The translations under genes and the position numbers were made by a program. From Candidatus Velthaea sp. (lineage in GTDB: Bacteria > Vulcanimicrobiota > Vulcanimicrobiia > Vulcanimicrobiales > Vulcanimicrobiaceae): DNA of 64,000 nucleotides. Below are positions 9,590 through 19,099 of this stretch, in pieces; positions within the stretch are counted from its first letter, which is position 1, and every line of letters begins with the position of its first letter. Location of the stretch: the NCBI GenBank assembly GCA_965214935.1, contig CBDCCS010000003.1, positions 32,001-96,000 of the forward strand, given 5' to 3'. The notes under the pieces were generated by a model that saw only the letters and a program-made list of their open reading frames with translations, made no database searches and had not been told where the DNA came from.

Positions 9590-10732
9590 CTACGCGACGC
9601 CGACTTCGATCGTACCCGAGTTCTCCGCAAAGAGATGCTCGTTCTTGGAGAGGTACGCCTGAATGCGAGCCGAGCGTTCGACAAACCGGTTCTGACACGT
9701 GAGGACCGTATCGAGCGTCGCATCGGCAAATTGCAGGCCGATCGAACGCAACGTTCGTAGCGCTGCGTTTTCAAAACGCCAGGCATGCGATGAGATCTCG
9801 CTGTTGACGGCGGTGAATTCGAGCAACATACGCATGCGACGGTCGGCGATTTCGGCTCGAACGTCGGCTAAACGATTGTAGAAGAAGACCTCTTGCGGCC
9901 GGGCGACTTTTTCGCAGAACTGTAATGCCAAAGCGCGAGCCGTCGGAAGCGCATCCAAGCGCGACGTAAGATTCACGATTGAATTGAGCGGCAGGTGCCG
10001 GCAAGCGGCCACAAAGCCATCTTTAAACGCGTTCTGATGGATCACGTGAAGCTGGACGCGAGGCGAGATGATATGGAAAATTTCGCGATAGCGGTCGGTT
10101 AGAAGCCGCTCGAAAGCGGTCCAGAACTGATAGAGCCCGTACGCTTTGCCGTAGTAGCGGCCGTCGCGGCTGTCGCCGATGACGATACTCGGCCGAACGA
10201 TCAAGTACGGAACGCCGCTTGCGGCAACCAGCGCTTCTGCTTCGCGCTTCGACTTTGTGTATTCGGTCGGGTCGTCGCCGATCGCGGTGTGCAGCCGCTC
10301 TTGGACCGGCCGGTCGATGTAGCCGCTGCTGAACGCGGTCGACAGAAATACAAAGCGTTTCATTGCATGGCGTTTTGCCAGATCGAGAAGCCGCCCGGTA
10401 AAGACGATATTGGCTGCGTGCAGCAGCGCGGAATTAAAGTAATCGACCGAGCCCGCGCAATTTACAATCTGTTCGATGTTAAACCGCTTGACCAGCCGAT
10501 CGAACGTTTCGTTATCGTCGACATCGGGCAGCGGCACCGTAACAATGCGCTCGAGGTCGACCTGCCCGCTTAGGCCTTCACACGCGAGTTCTTCAGCGAT
10601 CGGTGCCAATACGCTTTCGCGCGTATGCGACCCGCGAATCGGCGCGATGATGAGGCCTTGATTGTCGGACAAGAGGCCCGAAGCCACCAGTCCGCCCAGA
10701 TAGCCGCTGCCGCCCAGTAATAAGGTGTTCAT
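9590..10732 (-). CDS. Extended-SDR acyl-thioester reductase (male-sterility/NAD_binding_4, fatty acyl-CoA reductase-like)
   Basis: GGSGYLG Rossmann motif, NCAGSVDY, LSTAFSSG, YTKSK catalytic motif, and IVRPSIVIGDSRDG typical of thioester-reductase domains. Confidence 0.78.
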   Translation of the reverse strand: MNTLLLGGSGYLGGLVASGLLSDNQGLIIAPIRGSHTRESVLAPIAEELACEGLSGQVDLERIVTVPLPDVDDNETFDRLVKRFNIEQIVNCAGSVDYFNSALLHAANIVFTGRLLDLAKRHAMKRFVFLSTAFSSGYIDRPVQERLHTAIGDDPTEYTKSKREAEALVAASGVPYLIVRPSIVIGDSRDGRYYGKAYGLYQFWTAFERLLTDRYREIFHIISPRVQLHVIHQNAFKDGFVAACRHLPLNSIVNLTSRLDALPTARALALQFCEKVARPQEVFFYNRLADVRAEIADRRMRMLLEFTAVNSEISSHAWRFENAALRTLRSIGLQFADATLDTVLTCQNRFVERSARIQAYLSKNEHLFAENSGTIEVGVA

Positions 10733-10738
10733 GGTCCG

Positions 10739-11389
10739 TCAGACACCCATCAACGCGCCGGTGAGGAACGAGACGAGCTTGCGCCGATCGACATCCAAGT
10801 CGATACAGAGCGAGATGAGCTCCGCGGCGACGTCGCCCATGAGATCGGCGAATCCGACCTGAAAGCGCTCGGCGAAAACTTCATCGATCCCTTCGCCTAA
10901 CGCGTCGAGCGATCGTAACAGCGCGTCGGCTTCGACCATGATTGCGGCGAGCAAGACATCCCCGACTCCAACGCGCGAGCGTAAGAGATCCGGGATGCTG
11001 CTACGCGCATGGCCGCTGGCTTGCAATCCGACACGGCACAACTCGCGCGTGCGCGGACTTGCTTCCGCGTTATCGGCAAAGGTCCGATAGATCGCTTCTC
11101 CGATGAGTTCGAGCAGTAACCCCTGGGCAATCAAAACGTGCGCTTCCCGTCCGCTCGTGGCGCTTGCTACGAGTGCGGATACCGGTTCGGCAAGGCGTGT
11201 TCCGGCCAACGCGTCGCGCACGCGCGGCTGTGTCTGCAGGAGGGCGACCACGGCTGCTTTGGCCGGACTCAAGAGCGCCGGCGCGCTTACTGCATATTGC
11301 GTTGCCGCGAGCGTCTCGAACCGGTCGAGAATCGTCCACAGAACCGCCTCGGTTGCATCCAAATCGGCAACCACGTTCGTGCGTGCCAA
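10739..11389 (-). CDS. Degenerate ferritin-like protein, paralogue of the adjacent ADO-like protein
   Basis: FETLAATQY aligns with GEKVAAKIY and VLIAQGLLLELIGEAIYRTF with LIVVQGFIVESLAIATYESF of the neighbour; both ExxH motifs are lost; TTG start. Confidence 0.6.
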   Translation of the reverse strand: MARTNVVADLDATEAVLWTILDRFETLAATQYAVSAPALLSPAKAAVVALLQTQPRVRDALAGTRLAEPVSALVASATSGREAHVLIAQGLLLELIGEAIYRTFADNAEASPRTRELCRVGLQASGHARSSIPDLLRSRVGVGDVLLAAIMVEADALLRSLDALGEGIDEVFAERFQVGFADLMGDVAAELISLCIDLDVDRRKLVSFLTGALMGV

Positions 11390-11394
11390 ATCGC

Positions 11395-12135
11395 CTACTT
11401 TGTTTTCTCACCGCGACGGTACTTGCGAATGAGCGGCATGAACATCCCCACGACGTGTTTGGTAGCGTCCTTTTGACCGAAACCGACATTTTCGAGTAAA
11501 CGGGTGTAGCCGTCCATCATCGCGCCGGCACAATAGGCGCCCGACATGCCGATTTTATCAAGATATTCCGAGATGTTCATCATCGTGCCGCCGATACAAT
11601 CGATGCCCTGGATGTTGACGCGCTCGGCTAAGGTACGGAACTCATCGACTGCATCGAAATACCGCAGACGCAGGTACCGCACCACCCAATCGACATGATA
11701 GTGCTCTTCGTCGAGCGCTTTTTGAAATGCGCCGTACGTGCCGGCATATTTATGCGCGATCGGTAGAAACGACTCGTAGGTCGCGATGGCGAGGCTTTCG
11801 ACGATGAAGCCTTGCACAACGATCAGCGCGTCAAAATCTTTGTTCGCATAATGCTCGTCGACTTGCGAAATGAGGTAATTCAGTTCGTTGGTCGCAAAAG
11901 CGCGATCGGGTTCGATACCGTTCGCACGGCTGGCTTCGAGGAACCACGCGCCGTGATTGGCTTCCATCCGGGCAAATTTCTTGAGCAACGGCGCGAACTC
12001 GCCTTTGATCTCCGCGGCGAGCAGATAGATCTTCGCGGCGACTTTTTCGCCGAAGATCGCGAGGCCCATGAGTTTCTCGATGGATTCCTGCTCGGGCTGC
12101 GGCCGAAAAGCGGGGAGTATCGTTGCGGTGTTCAC
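11395..12135 (-). CDS. Ferritin-like diiron protein, aldehyde-deformylating oxygenase (fatty aldehyde decarbonylase) homologue
   Basis: E30, E58-x-x-H61, E113, E144-x-x-H147; ADO-like blocks FARMEANH, PDRAFA, QGFIVESLAIATY, LLENVGF; GTG start with AAGGA RBS. Confidence 0.8.
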   Translation of the reverse strand: MNTATILPAFRPQPEQESIEKLMGLAIFGEKVAAKIYLLAAEIKGEFAPLLKKFARMEANHGAWFLEASRANGIEPDRAFATNELNYLISQVDEHYANKDFDALIVVQGFIVESLAIATYESFLPIAHKYAGTYGAFQKALDEEHYHVDWVVRYLRLRYFDAVDEFRTLAERVNIQGIDCIGGTMMNISEYLDKIGMSGAYCAGAMMDGYTRLLENVGFGQKDATKHVVGMFMPLIRKYRRGEKTK

Positions 12136-12279
12136 ACGTATCCTTACTAATGAAATAAGCGGCGGACGGGCCGAGGCAACGGCCGGCGATGCTTAGACGC
12201 CGTTCCATGTCAGTCTCCATTTCGCGTAAAGTCCGGCCATACCACCTTGGCTCGGAAAAACGTCGGCCGGACCGCTCGC

Positions 12280-13641
12280 TCAGCGATTCGCCGGCTTTGG
12301 AAAGCAACCGTCGGGCGCCGCGATCGGCGGAATCGTGGCCGCCGTCGGCAAGCTCGTGACGCCGATCTCGAGCGGATAATTTGAGCCGCCGTCGGTCATC
12401 GTCAGGACGTCGATTGCCGCAATGGCGCGTGCATCGAGAACGAACGATGAGACGGCATAGCGTTTGGAGACGCGCACGCAGCCGACGTCGACGAGCGTGC
12501 CGTTAACGAGAAAGCTGCTCCGCACGACACCGCCCAGCGGCCGTTCATACAGCGATACGGTCTGCCGTGTTTCGGTCGGGTTCGCGAGATCGAACGTGAG
12601 CCGCTGTAAGACGCCGTAGTCGCCGAAGTCATGGCCGGCGTCGTTCGGATCGACGTTGCCCAGTGTTCGCGTGCGCCGGCCGTAAACGTATGCAGCATCC
12701 GGTCCGCCGACGGTGTAAGCGATGATGCGTTCGGCGAAACCGCCGAGCGGAAAATTGCCGTGCCGGTCATGACCGTCGTCGGGCAACTTCGGCGCGTACA
12801 GAAAGAGCAACGGATCGGTGCCCGGGGGTACGGCCAGAACGGTGAGCGTGAGCGGGCCACCGTCGAGGACGCGAAGGTCGACCGAGCCGACGACGCCTTC
12901 ACCCGGGCCGGCAAGCGAATCGCGTGTGAGATACGGCCGGCCGCCGGCAACTTCAACGATCGTACCTTCGGCGTGCGGTTGACGCGTTAAGAACGTTTTG
13001 GTTACCGCATGACCGACGCTCATTACATCGATATTCGGACCGGCTGCAGCGGCGATGACGTGCACGTGCGTGCGGACGCTGCCGTTCGCACTCAAGACGA
13101 CGCAGAAGCGCCGCGCCGTGCGCATGTTTTGATGGTAGTAATACACTCGCGTAGGGTGTTCGCGATCGATCGTCGTGCGCGACAGAACGCCGTCGCTCAC
13201 GATGCGCTCGGGATCGTCGCGAAAGGCTAGTGTAACGGGTGAAAACCCAGCGATATCGGCGTTCACGACGTCAACGGATGTGGTTGCAGTGATTGGCTCG
13301 ATTCCATTTCCAGCATCGACTGTAAACCGGACGAGAAACGTCGTTTGGAAGCCGCGTTCGAGCGGCTGCGGCGCCGGCAGAATCTCGACCGGGTGCAACG
13401 TCGTGCCGGGAGGCAGTTGTGCGCCGGCGGCGCGTTCGACGGCCGCGTCGATTTGCGCGACAATGAACTGCGGCGATACGGGGTTGCCGGTGACGGACGC
13501 AACGATATGGGCCGGAATCGCGACGGCTTGCGCCGGCGCCGGCACCGCCGTCGATGCGAAGAGCGAAGCGGTGAGTAGCGAGGTCAACAATTGCCGTACA
13601 GTTGCGCGAAGCAACTCGTGTACCGTTCGATCCGATTTCAT
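12280..13641 (-). CDS. Secreted hypothetical protein (possibly DUF3370-like)
   Basis: Signal peptide (ending near PAQA); DPERIVSDGVL...YYYH and GDYGVLQRLTFDL blocks recall DUF3370-type proteins. Family call is tentative. Confidence 0.55.
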   Translation of the reverse strand: MKSDRTVHELLRATVRQLLTSLLTASLFASTAVPAPAQAVAIPAHIVASVTGNPVSPQFIVAQIDAAVERAAGAQLPPGTTLHPVEILPAPQPLERGFQTTFLVRFTVDAGNGIEPITATTSVDVVNADIAGFSPVTLAFRDDPERIVSDGVLSRTTIDREHPTRVYYYHQNMRTARRFCVVLSANGSVRTHVHVIAAAAGPNIDVMSVGHAVTKTFLTRQPHAEGTIVEVAGGRPYLTRDSLAGPGEGVVGSVDLRVLDGGPLTLTVLAVPPGTDPLLFLYAPKLPDDGHDRHGNFPLGGFAERIIAYTVGGPDAAYVYGRRTRTLGNVDPNDAGHDFGDYGVLQRLTFDLANPTETRQTVSLYERPLGGVVRSSFLVNGTLVDVGCVRVSKRYAVSSFVLDARAIAAIDVLTMTDGGSNYPLEIGVTSLPTAATIPPIAAPDGCFPKPANR

Positions 13642-13764
13642 TGACGGCTATGTATGACGGCAGCACTTCACGAACCGCCTCAACGCCGTCGCCTTGGCTT
13701 AAACCGCTGTTCATTGCGTGCGTCTCCGGCCGACTTGCAATCCAAGTCGGTCGCAAGTGCGAGG

Positions 13765-15357
13765 ATGAATTCGCAGCGAGTTTGTCGGACGGGCGGCAAT
13801 GCAACTCTTCGAGCCTTGGCTATCTTAAGCTTTGTCGCCGCGCTCGGCGGTTACGCGAACGCAGCCGAACTTCCGACCGCTGACGCTTTAAACGAAAAAA
13901 TTGCGACGGCCGCCGGTGTCGAACCAGCCTCTCGCTACGTGCAAGTGCGTTATCGACGTTCCGGCGTCGATGGAACCGAAACGAGAGTTTACGCCGGCGA
14001 AAATTTTCGCGAGAACGATGAGTACGGGCCCTTACGTACCGCGTACGGGCGCTTTGAAAATCAGGAGTGGCACCAAACGGCGAACGGTCAAACGGTGCTG
14101 GATCAGCCGGATCCCGGGCAAGCTGTCGCCGATGTTTTTGTGACAACCGTTAGCCGTGTCACCGCGCCGTTCGACGCGTACGTCATCGCACGATTGAATA
14201 ATGACCGCAGCGGTACGAAGGACTATGTCGACCCGGTCGCTTACCGCGTCGTGAGGCACGAGAACATTACGCCGACCGAGACCACCGTAACGACCTACGA
14301 CGACTTTCGAGCAGTCGGCGGATACACGACCGCCTGGCATTGGAGCCGTCGCGACGGTCACGCCGAGAACAACGCCGACTACACGCTGACGGCGTACGAG
14401 GCTCGACCGATTGCGGCGGCCGAAATTGCAATCGCCGCGCCGCGCCGCAACGTCGTTCAATTTCCGGCCGGTAAAGAGCGCGTCGATCTTCCGGTTAAAA
14501 TGGTCGGCGACAAGTTTGTCGTGCGTGCGGTGATAAATGGTCGCGGTCTCGATCTCGAGTTGGATTCCGGAGCTTCCGTAATCGCAATCGACGATAAGGT
14601 GGTCAGGCAGCTCGGCTTGACAACCGTCAGCCACTTCTCGAATGCAGCGAACGCCGGACGCGTCGGCACGACACTGGCAATTGCGCCGGAGATACATGTC
14701 GGCGACTTGGAAATGCACGATGTTACGCTCGTCTCATTGCCCGCCGTTGACGAACGAGGCGACGACGTTCGGATTGCCGGTTATCTCGGCTTTGACTTCA
14801 TCGCCGAACTTGGGCTGGAACTCGATTACGAACACGGGCGCGTGACGGCATTGCGCCTGGATAAGCCGCTGACGATCGACGAGCCGGGTACGTTCCGGCT
14901 CGATATCCGCCTGGGCACGCAGCGTCCGATGACGAGCGTAACGATCAATAACGCGCTCGGCGAGCGCTTTCTCATCGATACCGGCGCCGACGGTACATTG
15001 CTGATTTTCGACTACTTCGCGCGCCGATATCCGCATTCGCTCGTCGATGGCGGCGGCGGCGGTGACGAGCGTCGCGCGCATTTGTCGGGAATCGGTGGGC
15101 CGATCGAAGTTCGTCCCTATCAACTCGACCAAGTGCAGATCGGCTCGGTACGGTTTCAAAATTTTGTCGGCTACCGCGTTCTGGAGCGGAGAGCTTACAA
15201 CGGAACAACCGATGGACTCATTGGTGCGCGACTATTGCGCTATTTTACCGTTTGGCTTGATTACACCGATTCGCAAGTTTTTCTCGTCCCGAATGCCGAC
15301 GGCCGACGTGCTATGCGATTAGCGGTGTCGAAGAGCGTTGCACCCGCGCCGCCCTAA
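13765..15357 (+). CDS. Secreted aspartyl protease family protein with two retropepsin-like domains
   Basis: LDSGAS ... GYLGFDF and IDTGAD ... GLIGARL motif pairs; signal peptide. Start uncertain (track start 13654). Confidence 0.85.
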   Translation: MNSQRVCRTGGNATLRALAILSFVAALGGYANAAELPTADALNEKIATAAGVEPASRYVQVRYRRSGVDGTETRVYAGENFRENDEYGPLRTAYGRFENQEWHQTANGQTVLDQPDPGQAVADVFVTTVSRVTAPFDAYVIARLNNDRSGTKDYVDPVAYRVVRHENITPTETTVTTYDDFRAVGGYTTAWHWSRRDGHAENNADYTLTAYEARPIAAAEIAIAAPRRNVVQFPAGKERVDLPVKMVGDKFVVRAVINGRGLDLELDSGASVIAIDDKVVRQLGLTTVSHFSNAANAGRVGTTLAIAPEIHVGDLEMHDVTLVSLPAVDERGDDVRIAGYLGFDFIAELGLELDYEHGRVTALRLDKPLTIDEPGTFRLDIRLGTQRPMTSVTINNALGERFLIDTGADGTLLIFDYFARRYPHSLVDGGGGGDERRAHLSGIGGPIEVRPYQLDQVQIGSVRFQNFVGYRVLERRAYNGTTDGLIGARLLRYFTVWLDYTDSQVFLVPNADGRRAMRLAVSKSVAPAPP

Positions 15358-15367
15358 CGTCGCGCCG

Positions 15368-15934
15368 CTACACCGGATCTTCGGGAAAATCAAGTTCGGC
15401 GAACATTGCTTCTACGGGCAGCAGCAGATCCGATATGATCGCGGGCGAATGTCTTTACACGGTTGCCGCAACGCGTTCGTACGTGCCGGCGCTGTCAAAG
15501 ACGTCGACGTAGCGCTCGTTCGGGTCCGCAATGAGCACCTGTGAGACGCCCCAGGCCAAGTATTCTTTACGCGTGGATTCGACGGCCTTCGGCTTGTCAT
15601 CAGGTGAGAGGATCTCGACGACGATCTCGGGCGGCACATTTGGACTTTGACGATCTCTTCCAACAAGCGGCCGCAAACGCGCAAACGACATGAAAGCAAC
15701 ATCGGGTACGAGCGGATGAACCGGTGTCCCGGGAATCGAGACGCGGAAACGCCACTCCGCTCCTGCTTGGCCGCGACGAACGGCTTTTGCCCAGGCGTCC
15801 AAGGCATATAAGAATGCTTTCTGCAGCATGCTGTGATCGGTCGTCGGCAGTACTTTTTGAACCGCGCGGCCGGCGATCCACTCCGTCTCCGGCTTGGTTT
15901 GAGGGAAGGTGATTTCGTCGGCAAATGTGTGCAT
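15368..15934 (-). pseudogene. Uma2 (DUF820) family endonuclease interrupted by an in-frame TAA
   Basis: PDVAF, PEIVVEILSPDD, YLAWGV motifs. TAA at 15455-15457 is followed in frame by RHSPAIISDLLLPVEAMFAELDFPEDPV and a TAG at 15368, resembling the normal Uma2 C-terminus. Confidence 0.7.
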
Positions 15935-16354
15935 GACGCGATGCTTCAGTCGACTTTCTAGGCTCGTGATCCGGCCACGAATCGGTCGTTCCGTTTCCGC
16001 AATCGAAGCTTCAAACGATTATCTATGCCGGGGCATATGAGCTTCAACCTAAGATAGGCCCTTGTCACCACGTCAGCGTAGTGAGCCGATGCGTCGAATA
16101 TAGCACGATGCGCACGGCTTCGGCGACGTTGGCCCAGACGTAACTCGAAAGATCACTGGCTCGAGCGGAGCGGTTGTGATGCGAACGCCGAACCGGTGCA
16201 TACGTCGATCGGGGCTTGTGGATGGACTCTGTTTGATTCGGAAATCGACCCGCCCAATACTCTGGCGCGCACGCCTCACGGCCATGACGATCCCGACCGA
16301 ATCAAGGCTGCTTTACAGCGCGCGGATGCAGATACGTGAAATGGCGACGACTGC

Positions 16355-17308
16355 ATGAAACGCGTGCCGGTCCTCTTCGATACCGACCCGGGCGTCGACG
16401 ACGCGCTGGCCTTGCTCTACTTGCACCAACAGCCGCGGGCGCAGATCGTTGCCATTACGACGGTTGCGGGCAACGGCACGATCGATGCAGTCACGCGTAA
16501 TGCGCTCTACATGGCGGACCGCTTCAACATCGCGGCGCCGATCGCACGCGGCGCTGCACGACCGTTACACAAAACGTTCGAGCCGCCGCCGGCGTCGATT
16601 CACGGCGCGAACGCTTTGGGAGATGTCGCCGTCGAACGCGTCGTGCGCGAACTCGACCCGCGCCCCGCCCACGAACTCATCGTGCAGAGCGTCCGCGCCT
16701 ATCCGCACGAACTCACGATCGTTGCGGCCGGCATGTTGACGAATATCGCGCTGGCCATCGCTGCCGATCCGGGCATCGTGCCGTTGATCGGCGGCATCGT
16801 TGCCATGGGCGGCGCATTCGGCCGCGCGGGACATTATGGTAACGTGCGGCCGTGTGCCGAGGCAAACATCTTCGGCGATCCGCATGCCGCCGATATCGTT
16901 TGCACGGCGGATCTGCCGCTGACGCTCGTCGGGCTCGACGTGACCGAACGCGTCGTCATGCCCACGGACTATTTGCGTATGCTCGGCGCGAGCGGCAGCG
17001 CCGCGGGCGCTTTCGTTTGGGACGTTACGCGCGCGTACGAAGCGTTCCATCAAGCGCGTGCCGGTGTCGCAGGCATCTACGCGCACGACCCTTCGGCTGC
17101 GATTTGTGCGTTCGATGAAGCGGCATTTACCTTCGAGCACGGACCCGTACGCGTCGTGACCGACGGCATTGCCGCCGGAATGACCGTTCAAAAGCCCGCC
17201 GGCCGGTCGTTTCCGCCCAGCGCATGGGACGGCTATCGGCCCCGGCGGGTCGCCGTGAACGTCGATGCGGAACGCGTGCTTGCATTATACGCCGCCGCCT
17301 TTCGTTAG
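16355..17308 (+). CDS. Nucleoside hydrolase (IU-NH family)
   Basis: DTDPGVDDA, AGN, MGG, AEANIFGDPHAA, GLDVT, HD motifs. Confidence 0.95.
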   Translation: MKRVPVLFDTDPGVDDALALLYLHQQPRAQIVAITTVAGNGTIDAVTRNALYMADRFNIAAPIARGAARPLHKTFEPPPASIHGANALGDVAVERVVRELDPRPAHELIVQSVRAYPHELTIVAAGMLTNIALAIAADPGIVPLIGGIVAMGGAFGRAGHYGNVRPCAEANIFGDPHAADIVCTADLPLTLVGLDVTERVVMPTDYLRMLGASGSAAGAFVWDVTRAYEAFHQARAGVAGIYAHDPSAAICAFDEAAFTFEHGPVRVVTDGIAAGMTVQKPAGRSFPPSAWDGYRPRRVAVNVDAERVLALYAAAFR

Positions 17309-17394
17309 CTCGAAGCAGCGGTGGTACGACCGCAGCCGAACGTGGTACGAGCTAACCGTAGCTGTCCCGGAGCTGGACAGAAAGGACCGACGAC

Positions 17395-19038
17395 GTGACG
17401 GCACTCGGAGAAACGAGCACGCGGCTCGCTGTTTGGAACGCGCTTGCAGAACATTACAGCGTTATCGAAAAACTGCACTTACGGGAGTTGTTCGCAGACG
17501 ATGCCGAGCGCGGTGAGAAGCTGACGGCCGAAGCGGCCGGCATTTATCTCGACTACTCAAAAAATCGGGTAACCGCGCAAACGCTCGACTTACTGGTACG
17601 CCTTGCCGAGGCATGCGGACTGCAAGCTCGCATCGATGCAATGTTTCGCGGTGCGAAAATTAACGTTACTGAAAATCGCGCGGTGCTGCATGTCGCGTTG
17701 CGGATGCCCAAGGGCACGACGATCGAGGTTGACGGCGAAGATGTCGTGGGGCCGGTTCACGCCGTCCTCGATAAGATGGGCGAGTTTAGCACGCGGGTGC
17801 GTACCGGCGAGTGGCGCGGTCAGACCGGGCGGCGGATCGTCAACGTCGTCAACATCGGGATCGGTGGCTCCGATCTCGGTCCCGTAATGGCCTACGAAGC
17901 GTTGCGTTCGTACAGCCAGCGCGAACTCACATTTCGCTTTGTGTCCAACGTCGATGCGACTGACTTTGCCGAGGCCGTGCGCGATCTCGATCCGGCCGAA
18001 ACGCTCTTCATTGTCGCGTCGAAGACGTTCACGACGCTCGAAACGATGACCAACGCGCATCTTGCACGCGAGTGGTCGCTGCGGGCGTTCGACGGTGATA
18101 TAGCGGCGGTCGCCAAACACTTTGTGGCTGTTTCGACCAATGCCAAAGAAGTCGCGAAGTTCGGTATCGACACCGCGAACATGTTCGGATTCTGGGATTG
18201 GGTCGGCGGCCGCTACTCGATGGATTCCGCGATCGGGTTATCGACGATGCTGGCGATCGGCGCCGATCGCTTTGCCGAGATGCTCGCCGGCTTTCATGCA
18301 ATGGACGAACATTTTCGGACCGCACCGTTGGCCCGGAATCTACCGGTGATCATGGGTTTACTTGCGGTTTGGTATAACGACTTTTTCGGCGCGCAAACCG
18401 TCGCCGTGCTGCCGTACGAACAGTATCTCAAACGCTTTCCGGCTTATTTGCAGCAGCTGACCATGGAGAGCAACGGCAAACACGTGGCGCTCGACGGCGC
18501 GACAGTGAGCGCCGATACCGGACCGATCTATTGGGGCGAGCCGGGCACCAACGGACAGCATTCGTTCTACCAACTCATCCATCAAGGCACCCGGCTCATT
18601 CCGTGCGATTTTATCGCCTTCATCGAATCGCTGAATCCGCTCGGAGCGTCGCATGACATGCTGCTCGCAAACGTGCTCGCTCAAGGCGAAGCGCTGGCCT
18701 TCGGCAAGACGCCGGCCGAAGTTGAAGCCGAAGGGTCGCCGGAGTGGCTCGTGCCGCATCGCGTCTTCACGGGCAACCGTCCGTCGAACACGCTCTTACT
18801 CGAGCGCTTGACTCCCGCGGCACTCGGTAAACTCATCGCGCTCTACGAGCACAGCGTCTTTACGCAAGCCGCAATTTGGGATATCAACGCGTTCGATCAG
18901 TGGGGCGTCGAACTCGGAAAGGTCCTGGCCGGCCGGATCATTCCCGAACTCGATGCCCAGCATGATGCGCCGCTCGATCATGACAGTTCGACCAACGCGC
19001 TGATCCGGCGCTACCGGAACGGCAAAATGCACAAGTAA
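17395..19038 (+). CDS. pgi: Glucose-6-phosphate isomerase
   Basis: [58 protein letters not shown]. Confidence 0.98.
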   Translation: MTALGETSTRLAVWNALAEHYSVIEKLHLRELFADDAERGEKLTAEAAGIYLDYSKNRVTAQTLDLLVRLAEACGLQARIDAMFRGAKINVTENRAVLHVALRMPKGTTIEVDGEDVVGPVHAVLDKMGEFSTRVRTGEWRGQTGRRIVNVVNIGIGGSDLGPVMAYEALRSYSQRELTFRFVSNVDATDFAEAVRDLDPAETLFIVASKTFTTLETMTNAHLAREWSLRAFDGDIAAVAKHFVAVSTNAKEVAKFGIDTANMFGFWDWVGGRYSMDSAIGLSTMLAIGADRFAEMLAGFHAMDEHFRTAPLARNLPVIMGLLAVWYNDFFGAQTVAVLPYEQYLKRFPAYLQQLTMESNGKHVALDGATVSADTGPIYWGEPGTNGQHSFYQLIHQGTRLIPCDFIAFIESLNPLGASHDMLLANVLAQGEALAFGKTPAEVEAEGSPEWLVPHRVFTGNRPSNTLLLERLTPAALGKLIALYEHSVFTQAAIWDINAFDQWGVELGKVLAGRIIPELDAQHDAPLDHDSSTNALIRRYRNGKMHK

Positions 19039-19099
19039 GCCTGGTGCAGCATGCCGTTTGCATAAAGGCTTTGCAAATCGCCGAGCATCATCGCTCGGC

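Noticed and set aside
15935..16354. Short ORFs (16073-16285 minus, 16176-16358 plus) between Uma2 and the nucleoside hydrolase
   Set aside because: No recognisable motif or RBS; cannot be supported as genes.
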